NCBI GenBank assembly: GCA_964016885.1
Contig: OZ024746.1
Span: 71,238,001 to 71,302,000, forward strand
DNA: 64,000 nucleotides
Direction of reading: 5' to 3'
Source of the DNA: Eledone cirrhosa
Taxonomy: Eukaryota
The stretch's first letter is position 1; each line of letters opens with the position of its first letter. The notes beneath the pieces are model-generated. The model saw only the letters and a list, made by a program, of their open reading frames with translations, did not search any database and was not told where the DNA came from. This document shows positions 15,180 to 26,967 of this stretch, in pieces. The position numbers and the translations under genes are program-made.

Positions 15180-15833
15180 CAACCACCACCACAACCACCA
15201 CTACTACCACCACCACCATCACCACCACCATCATCACCACCACCACCACCACCACCACCACCACCACCACCACCATCACCACTACTACCACCACCACCAC
15301 CACCACCATCACCACCACCATCACCACCACCACCACCACAACGACCACTACTACCACCACCTCCTCCACCACCACCACCACCACCACCACCACCACCACC
15401 ACCACTACCACCGCCACTAATACCACCATCACCACCACCGCCACCGCCACCACCACCACCACCACCACCATCACCACCACCATGACTAACACGACGATAA
15501 CAGGCACCACCACCACCATCACCACCGTCACCACCACCACAACCACCACTACTACCACCACAACCACCACCGCCACCACCACCACCATGACTAACACGAC
15601 CATAACAAGCACCATCATCACCAGCACCATTACCACCACCACCACCACCACCACCACCGCCACTAATACCACCATCACCACCACCGCCACCGCCACCACA
15701 TAACACGACCATCACAAGCACCATCACCACAAGTACCACAACCTCAACCAATAACATCAACACAAGCACCTCCAGCCGCGCCACCAACACCATCACCATC
15801 ACCATCACCATCACCTCCAGCATCACTAGTACC

Positions 15834-15864
<31 letters not shown>

Positions 15865-15880
15865 CCACCACCACCACCAC
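15180..15880. repeat. (ACC)n-based compound triplet repeat
   Basis: Directly visible. Confidence 0.9.
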
Positions 15881-16028
15881 TTCAGTAAGATAGGTCTAAC
15901 ATTTAGAGAAATAGTGGGAAATATTTATGGAAGTGTATGTTAGTATAAATATATGTGTGTGTCTGTGTAAGAGAGATATAGTTTGTGTGAATGTATCTCC
16001 CCCTCGTTCTCATTCTCTCTCTCTCCCC

Positions 16029-16117
<89 letters not shown>

Positions 16118-16211
16118 GATCAACTGTATAAAGAGACAGCACAAATAAACAATCCTGACGGAATATACACAAATTTCGATCTGAAACAATCCACGCTCAG
16201 TCGACAATAAT

Positions 16212-16453
16212 GATCCTGGTTTCATGGCGTGAAGCGACTGAGAGTACAATACCCCCCCCCCCTCACTGGACAGGACGCCAGTCCATCAGCAGGGTTAAAC
16301 CCCCAGCTATTGCTGGTACTCATTTTCAGCTGAGAATACTGAAGCGACGTGAAATGAAGTGTTTTGCTGAAGAACACAACACGCAACCCAGGAATCGAAC
16401 CCACGACATTATGATCGTAAGTCGAACACCCTTACCACTAGGCCACGTACCTC
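16212..16453 (-). mobile_element. CORE-type SINE with V-domain-like 3' part
   Basis: A box TGGCCTAGTGG, B box GGTTCGATTCC, CORE-like segment, then gatggactggcgtcctgtccag. Confidence 0.75.
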
Positions 16454-16463
16454 AAATACAAAT

Positions 16464-16632
16464 AATTATTTCCCTTTTGGCACAAGGCCAGCAAATCCCC
16501 AGTACATTACTGGTACTTTATTTTATCGACCCCGTATGGATGAAAGGCAAAGTTATCCTCGGCGGGATTTGAACTCAGATCGTAAAGGGACGTAACTCTA
16601 TGCTCGAAAGCATATCCGACCCTCTACCGATA
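16464..16632 (-). mobile_element. SINE (main family)
   Basis: Homologous to the other copies. Confidence 0.85.
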
Positions 16633-16726
16633 TGATAATATATACACTCATATATACTTACACACACACACGCACATACACACACACACATATATATATA
16701 TATGTGTGTGTGTGTATTATATATAT

Positions 16727-16887
16727 AATTGTTTCTACTTTTGGCACAAGGCCAGCAATTACGCAATACATTACTGGTATTTTATTTTATCGACCCCGTA
16801 AGGATGAAAGGCAAAGTTAACCTCGGCGTAACTCTATGCGTCAAAGCATGGCGTCCGACCCTCTACCGATACTGCCAATCCACCGCC
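16727..16887 (-). mobile_element. SINE (main family), internal deletion removing the B box
   Basis: Homologous to the other copies. Confidence 0.85.
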
Positions 16888-16907
16888 CTATTATATATTA
16901 TATATAC

Positions 16908-16982
<75 letters not shown>

Positions 16983-17035
16983 TGTGTGTGTGAGTGTGTG
17001 TGTGCGTGCGTGTGTGTGTGCGTCTGTGTGTGTAT

Positions 17036-17060
<25 letters not shown>

Positions 17061-17068
<8 letters not shown>

Positions 17069-17467
17069 AGATCAAAAGATGGTTAAATGAGTTCCATGTA
17101 TTTTATTATGCGCATTTCAAAAACAAATATCATCATGCAATAACATTTGTGTTTTCATCGGATAAAATAGGAGGACATGATATGAAGGTTAAAAAACACT
17201 TGTGGATAGTGCAGTTTTAAATCAACATATCTATCCACAAGTGTTTTTTAACCTTCATATCATGTCCTCCTATTTTATCTGATGAAAACACAAATGTTAT
17301 TGCATGATGATATTTGTTTTTGAAATGCGCATAATAAAATACATGGAACTCATTTAACCATCTTTTGATCTTATATATTATGTATACTCCAGTCCTACAA
17401 ACTGTAGAGTGCTTCTTATCCGATATCTGCATTGCTTTATTGTACTACAATAAAACTCACCTCCTAC

Positions 17468-17470
<3 letters not shown>
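17061..17470 (+). mobile_element. PLE fold-back remnant, family I
   Basis: ~148-bp inverted arms (17061-17209 / 17231-17379) plus ~90-bp tail; (TA)n flanks. Confidence 0.8.
17271..17341 (+). ncRNA. Type-I hammerhead ribozyme
   Basis: tattttat-CTGATGA-stem II-GAA-atgcgcat-A-ataaaata; perfect 8-bp stem I and palindromic stem III. Confidence 0.8.
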
Positions 17471-17561
<91 letters not shown>

Positions 17562-17891
17562 CGCGTCTGTGTGTGTGTATTATATATATATATATAGTAC
17601 CGTTGCAAGATGTTTTGGGCGAACCAAGATAGAGACTGTAATGTGTACATAAAACGTACTTTTGGTGTAGCACATAAGGTATAAACAAACGGTGAACACA
17701 ATTGCAAGGAGCCGTTGATTGTATAAACACATATGGGACTTATGGAAGACTGGAGGTATGTCAGTACACATATACATACGCACACACGCACACACAGACA
17801 CACACAGGCACACGCAGAGACACACACATACAGACACATATGCACACATGCTTACGTACATATACTTGCGGGCATGTGTATACGTTGATAC

Positions 17892-17947
<56 letters not shown>

Positions 17948-18095
17948 CTTGTATAAATATATATATACATACATACATACATATATATATACATACGTAT
18001 ACATATGTATGTATATACACGCACACAGATACGCACACACATACACACACAAACACACACACACACACATATATATGTATTTATATGTATATATA

Positions 18096-18144
<49 letters not shown>

Positions 18145-18148
<4 letters not shown>

Positions 18149-18362
18149 ATAATAATAAATTTGAAGACTAAAATCCAAAGAGGGCTCGATAAGGATAAAT
18201 ATATATCAAATATACAAGAACCGTAGAGCAAATATTTGTTAAAATAACAGATTAAAGTTTAAGCAAAGAATCGCTGGTTTCACCCTTAACGGGATCTTCT
18301 GAAACAAACCCGTTAAGGGTGAAAGCAGCGATTCTTTGCTTAAACTTTAATCTGTTATTTTA

Positions 18363-18370
<8 letters not shown>
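18145..18370 (-). mobile_element. PLE fold-back remnant, family F
   Basis: Inverted repeat 18232-18370 plus tail; related pieces at 9670-9731, 35448-35536, 37135-37540 and 48915-48984. Confidence 0.7.
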
Positions 18371-18983
<613 letters not shown>

Positions 18984-19107
18984 CAAAGAATACAGATGCG
19001 CACACACACACACACACAAACACACGAATATATATATATATTTTTGCTACAATATTTTCTATACCTTTTCTATACCTTTCATACATATATATATATATAT
19101 ATATATA

Positions 19108-19261
19108 TAACAAAGAAGGTGTGGTAAGATACCAGGTGGACCATAACGCACCAGAGTACTCGATACTTGGGGTAGTAGAGTGGGTAATATGAAAAGAGTC
19201 AGGACCCCGACGGCTGAGCTCCGACCGTTTCGATAGCTAGATCCAAACTGTTCGGATCTAG

Positions 19262-19265
<4 letters not shown>
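19108..19265 (-). mobile_element. PLE remnant, family A variant
   Basis: Tail plus HHR 3' half with a different stem II (atagctagatcc...ggatctagctat). Confidence 0.7.
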
Positions 19266-19322
<57 letters not shown>

Positions 19323-19326
<4 letters not shown>

Positions 19327-19495
19327 CAAAAGATGGTTAAAAGAGTTCCATGTATTTTATTATGCACATTTCAAAAACAAATATCATCATGCAATAATAT
19401 TTGTGTTTTCATCAGATAAAATAGGAGGACATGATATGAAGGTTAAAAAACACTTGTGGATAGTGCAGTTTTAAATCAACATCTAATTTGCAACT

Positions 19496-19538
<43 letters not shown>

Positions 19539-19570
19539 GTATATAAGTTGCAAATTAGATGTTGATATAA
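19323..19570 (-). mobile_element. PLE remnant, family I, with intact HHR motif (19353-19423)
   Basis: Homologous to 17061-17230; additional hairpin 19476-19566 around a (TA)n loop. Confidence 0.75.
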
Positions 19571-20393
19571 TATATAGCCCCAAATGGGGGCCGTCATAGT
19601 AACATGGGAGACGACACCACTGAGCATTGGTGTTGATCGAAGGGTTTCCTGGACAGTCATTAATTGACAGAACAAACACACCGACATAGTAGATTTTCTT
19701 TCTCTATATATAACATGTATAGTTTACATGCATATCTATTGTAAAATGGAAGTACGAGCTTTAGACAACAATCTGTATACATGTTTTTGTTTTTCCACTG
19801 GAATCTATTTCCACTGGAATCTATTTCCGTTACGAATCATCCACATTTACTTGGATGGCTGCATGGAGTTTCAGCGAGAATATTGGGGTGGAGAGCATGG
19901 TGTGGTGGTAGAAGATAACTAAGATTTGAAATGGGTTGGGTGTGGCGTAGTTTTGTGCGTGCATTTTGTGTATCATCAAAATGAACATTCTTACATGCCG
20001 TTTACTGGCTTTTATTGTAGATTTTTTTTCTTCAAAAAAAAAAAAAAAAAAAATTATGAGGTTGTGTGGTGGGGTATTCTGTTTCAAAAACAATATCTCT
20101 TTATTATATTTATTTTAACTTATTATTTAATATTTTTTATTGCCTTGCTATAGTCTATTTTAGTGAAAGACGTGTTGGAAACAGATATTAATCGTTTATA
20201 TTTAAAATTTCTTTTTTTTTGTTGTTGTTGTTGTTGATACTGATGTTGATGTTGATGTTGATGTTGCTGTTGTTGTTGTTGTTGTTGTTGTTATTAATGT
20301 TTCTGTTGTTATTTATGTTGCTGTTGTTGATGTCATTGATGTTTTCTATGTGGAGAAAAAAAAAATTCTTAATGAGAGGGTAGGTATGGAAGT

Positions 20394-20486
<93 letters not shown>

Positions 20487-20592
20487 TGAGAGAGAAAGAG
20501 AGAGAGAACATATATACATATAAACACGCACACACAGGCTTATATATGCATGCACATATATATATACATACATACATACATATATATATATA

Positions 20593-20623
<31 letters not shown>

Positions 20624-20676
20624 TTGTGTACGTGTAATGAGATAGGATATGTGTGAGAAAAGAGAGAGAGAGAGAT

Positions 20677-20741
<65 letters not shown>

Positions 20742-20925
20742 GAGAGAAAGAGAGAGAGAACATATATACATATAAACACGCACACACAGGCTTATATATG
20801 CATGCACATATATATATACATACATACATATATATATATACATGTGTGTGTTTGTGTACGTGTAATGAGATAGGATATGTGTGAGAAAAGAGAGAGAAAG
20901 AGAGAGAGAAGAGAGAGAGAGAGAG

Positions 20926-20979
<54 letters not shown>

Positions 20980-22063
20980 TAGATAGAGAGAGAGAGAAGA
21001 AAAAGAGAATAATAACGAAAGACAATTATGAAATTATTTGAAGCTTGGTAGCGAAAAATACAATAAAATGTAGAGGTGTCTGTATGTCCATATAAGATAT
21101 ATATGCGCGTATAAGCACATATACATACACACACATATGTAAATGTTTGAGTGAGTACGTGAGATGGTATATATGCATATGTTTATGTATGCATGTATGT
21201 ATACACACATATACACCCGCCCCCAACACACACATATATGCTACACAATTCAGCATGTTTCCATGTTACTGTTGAGATCTACGGATCAGTTGGATGGGAG
21301 GGCGGTATCATCCATTTTTTTTTTTTTCAAATCGATCTCCGCCCCAGGTGTCGCTGTGGTGCAATAAAAAGCTGCCGCCATTGAAGAAGAAATAGATTAT
21401 GATTCTTTTTATTTTTAAAACGTCCGCCATTGTTGCGTGCGCGTTCCCGCCACAAATTCAAAAATATAATAATACACAAACACACACACCAACACATACA
21501 GAAATGCATATACAAACATACGTATAAACTGATGCATAAACTCACTCACTCTTACACAAATTTAAACACACACGCTCACACATACACAATTACACGCAAC
21601 ACATATTCACACTGAAGCACACGCACACATATAGAGAGGTAATCACGTACGCTCACACAGAGAAGTAAACACATACTCACACAAACAAAAGCAAAGACAT
21701 ACACACACAAATAACCAGTTATGGCGTCTAATTCAACTTAAATAATTTTGTGAATCTGGTGTTTTCAGGCAAAATATGGCAATGTCTTCACTTATATATG
21801 TTGTTGTTTTTTTTTCACTCTCTTTCAAATTCATTCTTCACACACAGTTGTATTTTGTTTTTACTTTAGCTTTCTGTTTTAAATCCATTTCTTTGTTTTT
21901 TTTTTGTTTTTTTTTGTGTGTGGGAATGAACCTTTCTTCATCCCCACCCTCCAAAATATAAATGTCTTGGCAAAAGTTTGTCGTTTCAATAATAAATATA
22001 ATAAAATTAATAACAACAACAACAACAAAAAACAATAACAATGATAATAATGATGATGATAAT

Positions 22064-22257
22064 AATTGTTTCTACTTTTGGCACAAGGTCAGCAAATTAC
22101 CCAGTACATTACTGGTACTTTATTTTCTATATTGACCCCGTAAGGATGAAAGGCAAAGTTAACCTCGGCGAGATTTGAACTCAGAATGGCAAGGGCCGTA
22201 CCTCTATGCTGCAAAGCATGGTGTCCGACCCTCTACCGATACTGCCAATCCACCGCC
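22064..22257 (-). mobile_element. SINE (main family), full length
   Basis: A box TGGCAGTATCGG, B box, central domain and (TTA)n tail. Confidence 0.9.
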
Positions 22258-22340
22258 GTTTTGATAATAATAATAATCATTTATGCACACTATAATAATA
22301 ATAATAATAATAATTTATGCAAACTATAATAATAATAATG

Positions 22341-22990
22341 ATTTCTTTATTGGCCACAAGGGCTGACATCAAGAAAAACATTACAGACGGCACATTCGGT
22401 ACAGGACGGTACGATGTGGGTTTTGTGCGTGTAAATATTTTTATTATTTATATAAGAAAAGAAAAAAAGGACATAGAAACATATATATATAAACAATAAA
22501 AATGAAAATTGAAACAATGAAAAATTCCCCAATAGGGGGGAAACCTCCGAGGGTTACTCGTGGCGAAAACCACACAAAAGACCACGGCCACTCTGACCAC
22601 CAGGTCAAGGGCCCTCTCTCAATTTTTTCCATTTCTCAAACTACAGACGTATATTCAGAGCGGTCCCGTTCACTCTGACCATTCTCGCTACATTCACCCA
22701 CCTTTCAACAAACTTACTAGAAGGCAGCACTTGCCTCTCCACCCTGATTTTCCTCTTCAAGTGAAACTTGAAAAAGTTAATCAGGGATTCGCCGAAGAGG
22801 AAAGTGTCTGTCTTTAACCCTTTAAACTTTGTCCACCACACAATCTCTTTCGCCATGGCCACCAGACAGATGAAAACCGCCTGCCCTTCCTCCTCGAAGG
22901 AAGACAGCGAGACCATCTGCACAATGGACTCAGTCGCTAACCGGATCAGTCCTACACGCGACAGCAACTGTTCGACATAGCTCCACAAGT
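22341..22990 (-). mobile_element. L1/Tx1-type LINE 3' fragment
   Basis: LWSYVEQLL...VAMAKEIVWWT...FFKFHLKRKIRVER...FVERW, then 3'UTR with AATAAA; homologous to 58895-59604. Confidence 0.8.
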
Positions 22991-23022
22991 CATTTATGTA
23001 AACTAAACAATTTACCACATTC

Positions 23023-23520
23023 TGAGAAGTGGTATGAGCATAAACCAGAGTCGGTGATAGAAAACGATTAAGAGAAGGTGCTATGGGATTTCAGAATACA
23101 GACGGACAATAAATTAGAACACAACAGGCCAGGCCAAGTGGTTTTTGACAAGGAAAACGGATTGTGGCTGATTGTAGATGTAGCTTGCTCCTTTGACACA
23201 ACAGTGCAAGAAAAGGAGAAGGAGAAAATTAACCGATAGCAGGATTTAAAGTGGGAGTTAAAAAGGATTTGGGACTGTCATGAGATCAAGGTCATCTCGA
23301 TTATCATAGGAGCACTAGGTACTATCTCAAAGAGTTTTCAAGGATGGTTAAAGAACATTAATCCAGCCCCCTTTTTTGGAACACTTCGAAAGGCATGCTT
23401 GCTGGGAACAGCAATAACCCTCCGATACCTTCTGAATATCTTAGGCTGCAAGTAGCGGCTTGATATTCATTTGAATAAACTTTCCAGTTAAATAACATCA
23501 ATGACTGAGACTCCATATCA
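23023..23520 (+). mobile_element. R4/Dong-type restriction-like endonuclease 3' fragment (pseudogenic)
   Basis: EKWYEHKPESV...LWDFRIQTD...HNRP...IVDVAC...EKEK...DLKWELKRIW...IIIGALG with in-frame stops; (TTG)n(TTA)n tail. Confidence 0.85.
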
Positions 23521-23564
23521 TTGTTGTTGTTGTTGTTATTATTATTATTATTATTATTATATTA

Positions 23565-23760
23565 CCCTATTGGGGAATTTTTCATTGTTTCAATTTTCAT
23601 TTTTATTGTTTATATATATATATATGTTTCTATGTCTTTTTCTTTTTCTTTTCTTATATAAATAATAAAAATCTTTACACGAACAAAACCCACATCGTAC
23701 CGTCCTGTGCCGTCTATAATGTTTTCTTGATGTCAGCCCTTGTAGCCAATAAAGAAATCA
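23565..23760 (+). mobile_element. L1/Tx1 3'UTR fragment
   Basis: Inverted near-copy of 22341-22538. Confidence 0.8.
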
Positions 23761-23772
23761 TTATTATTATTA

Positions 23773-24246
23773 TGTCTGGTGGCCATGGCGAAAGAGATTG
23801 TATGGTGGACACGTTTGAAAGGGCTGAAGACGAGCACTTACCTCTTCGGTGATGCCCTGATTAACTTTTTCAAATTTCATTTGAAAAGGAAAATCAGGGT
23901 AGAGAGGGAAGTGCTCTCTTCCCAGCATTTTGTTGAAAGATGGGTGAGAGAAGCAAGTATGGCCCGAGTGAATGGGCCTACTCTGAGTATGTGTCTGTAA
24001 ATTAAAGGTGGAAAACTGGGAGAAGGCACTTGCCCTGGTGGTCAGGGTCACTGTGGCCTTTTAATGGGCTTTCTCCACAAATGTCCCTTGGAAGTCTCCC
24101 CCCTATTGGGGAATTTTTCATTGTTATTTTTTTTATTACATCCTCTGTTTTTTTTTTACACGCAGAAATGCCCATTTGTACCGTCCTGTATTGTCCTGTA
24201 CTGTCCTTAATGTCTACTTTATGTAAACCCTTGTGGTTAATAAAGA

Positions 24247-24250
<4 letters not shown>
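23773..24250 (+). mobile_element. L1/Tx1-type LINE 3' fragment
   Basis: AMAKEIVWWTRL...FVERW plus 3'UTR, AATAAA and (TAA)n tail. Confidence 0.8.
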
Positions 24251-24279
<29 letters not shown>

Positions 24280-24292
24280 TATTATTATTATT

Positions 24293-24480
24293 GCCGTGAA
24301 TTGGCAGCATCAGTAGAGGGTTGGACGCCATGTTTTGCAGCATAATTACGTCCCTTTACGTTCTGAGTTCAAATCCCGCCAAGGTTCACTTTGCCTTTCA
24401 TCCTTACGGGGTCGATAAAATAAAGTACCAGTAATGTACTGGAATAATTGCTGGCCTTGTGCCAAAAGTAGAATCAATTA
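24293..24480 (+). mobile_element. SINE (main family)
   Basis: Homologous to the other copies. Confidence 0.85.
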
Positions 24481-24587
24481 TTATTATTATTATTATTTCA
24501 TCTTCCTTGTTGAGAAGGAGACTGGAAAAAAACTTACCTCTTAATTTTAAATTCTTATTAATTCTTTTTTATTGTAATATTCAACAT

Positions 24588-24625
24588 TTGATAAGATGAA
24601 TTGTACTAATACATCGAAACCGGTT
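24588..24625 (+). ncRNA. Degenerate HHR motif (PLE remnant)
   Basis: tTGATaA-gatg...catc-GAA-accggt-T; two core mismatches. Confidence 0.4.
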
Positions 24626-24886
24626 ATACTTTATATACTTTATATACATCATAAAACTCTTTTTTTAAAAGAATTGTCCTTCTCAATTTTTCAATAATGT
24701 CACTTTGACGAATCAAAGAAAGGAAAAAGATAGAAAAACAGACCCTAAAATATATTTTCCGTGCAATTTCCATCTTCTTTTTTCTATAAACATTGTTTTG
24801 TACCTTACTTCCTTTTTCAAATACACACACACACACATACATATATATATATATTTATATATATATATTATATATATATATATAAA

Positions 24887-25310
24887 TGTCAACTCTGGAT
24901 GTCGGTGAGCATGTCCAGCCAACCTCAGTCTTCTCTGTGTCACTTTTGAGCTGACTTTTGGGATGCTCCCATACAGCTCAGAGTTTTTCATCCTCAGTGT
25001 ATACTGATTAATGTTCAGAGCCATCCTCAGCATTCTCGTGTAGCACCCATCCACCATCTGAGTGAGTTTCTTGGTCAGTGTCCAAGTCTCAGACCCATAC
25101 AGCAGCACAGACTCCACTACAGCAATGAAGAGGCGGATTTTCAGATCTCTACATGGACACACTAGAAGAGGAAGACCAAGGTTAATGTATGTTGATGCCC
25201 TAAGGACAGACACTGGTCTGTTGGAGACGCAGGACATGGCAGCGATAATGAGGGACAGAGACCGCTGGAGAGAACTCGTCCATGGATCTCGGGAATTTTA
25301 CCCGCCTTAG
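24887..25310. mobile_element. RTE-clade LINE 3' fragment with 5' inversion
   Basis: 24887-25149 minus: KIRLF...ESVLLYGSETWTLT...RRLRLAGH. 25149-25310 plus: HGHTRRGRPR...RDRDRW, then a (TAGA) tail. Confidence 0.85.
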
Positions 25311-25680
25311 ATAGATAGATAGAGATATATATAAATAACTTTAGTAGGCAATTCATACATATTACGTAGAATAACCCATGACTTACACACATACAGAAAA
25401 TAATAATGCTAGCCACTACATGTATATTATATAGAGTTCTCTGGAACTTACATACATATATTACATTCCTTTAAATAGTATTACTAAGCACTGCACTCAG
25501 ATAAAGTATTGTTCTGTTGGATTTACATATATGCAGAAAATAACAACGCATCAATATTACAACATATCATCATACATCAAGTTAGCATTACTAAGTACTG
25601 CACACATATTACGTAAAGTAGCACAGGACTTAAACACACATATACAGACGTCTTAAATATATATATATGTATATATATGT

Positions 25681-25877
25681 ATGTCAAACATACGGCCCTT
25701 TTCAAGCACACCTGCGGCCCACACAAATGTTTTTACAGCGCGAACGTGTTTTATCTTCGTAAAATTTGTTGTAATGTACGCAATTAGTTGTCGCATATTG
25801 CTCTCAGATCACACATATGTGACCCATGCGGCTCTCTGTGAAGGGAGAGGGGGGGGGATCTCAGTTTGATATGCCTG
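25681..25877. mobile_element. hAT-like MITE
   Basis: TIR remnants atgtcaaac / gtttgatatgcctg and subterminal cggccc motifs. Confidence 0.5.
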
Positions 25878-26005
25878 ATGTAGAGTTCCCCATAACTTGC
25901 ACACATATGCGATATCTAAAAAGAAAATAGATATAGCAAAAGCTCTACACACATATTACATAAGTTACTGTCAATGAAATAGAGCAACTCCGAAAAACAA
26001 AGCAC

Positions 26006-26061
<56 letters not shown>

Positions 26062-26437
26062 CTTCTTCTTCTTCTTCTTCTTCTTCTTCTTCTTCTTCTT
26101 CTTCTTCTTCTTCTTCTTCTTCTTCTTCTTCTTCTTCTTCTTCTTCTCTCATATTCGTGACAGGGTCGTGGGGACAGAACCCTCTTTCTTTCATACTTAC
26201 ATACACACACACATACATCTATCGTTCTATCGACCTATCGATCATATGCATGTGTGTGTGTGTATGTGTATGTATATATGTGTGTATGTATTCATGTATA
26301 TATGCACATACACACATACACACATACACCTACATACATACGTACACACATAGACACATACATAAATGCATACATACACACTTGCATACATACATACATA
26401 CATACATACATACATACATACATACATTCATACATAC

Positions 26438-26468
<31 letters not shown>

Positions 26469-26967
26469 CATACATACATACATACATACATACATACATA
26501 CGTACATACATACATACATACATACATACATACATACATACATACATACACACATACATACATACGTACATACATACATACAGGTATAGAGGCACACACA
26601 TGCACACACCAATGTCCGACCACCCTCCGTGTTGACATGTAAACATTTATATATTTCATGAACCCATCAGCCGCCATATTGGCCACTGTATAACAACATT
26701 TATCCCACAAACATGATCTATATCTGATATAAATGCTATCACACGCTGATAGTTATACACACTTCCTTCTCTCTTGTGTTTATAGTTTTTTATATTTATT
26801 TACGCATTGCATCGTAAATATTGTATATACATAATGATGTAAGCATGTGCATGTATGTATGTATGTATGTAGGTATGTATGTCCGTACGTATGTATGTAT
26901 GTGTGTATATATGTGTGTATGTATTTGTGTATGTATGTGTGTGTGTGTATGTATGTACGAATGTATG

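Noticed and set aside
20485-20900. ~255-bp tandem duplication (also ~210-bp at 29940-30365)
   Set aside because: Local duplications of microsatellite-rich DNA or assembly slippage; no functional signal.
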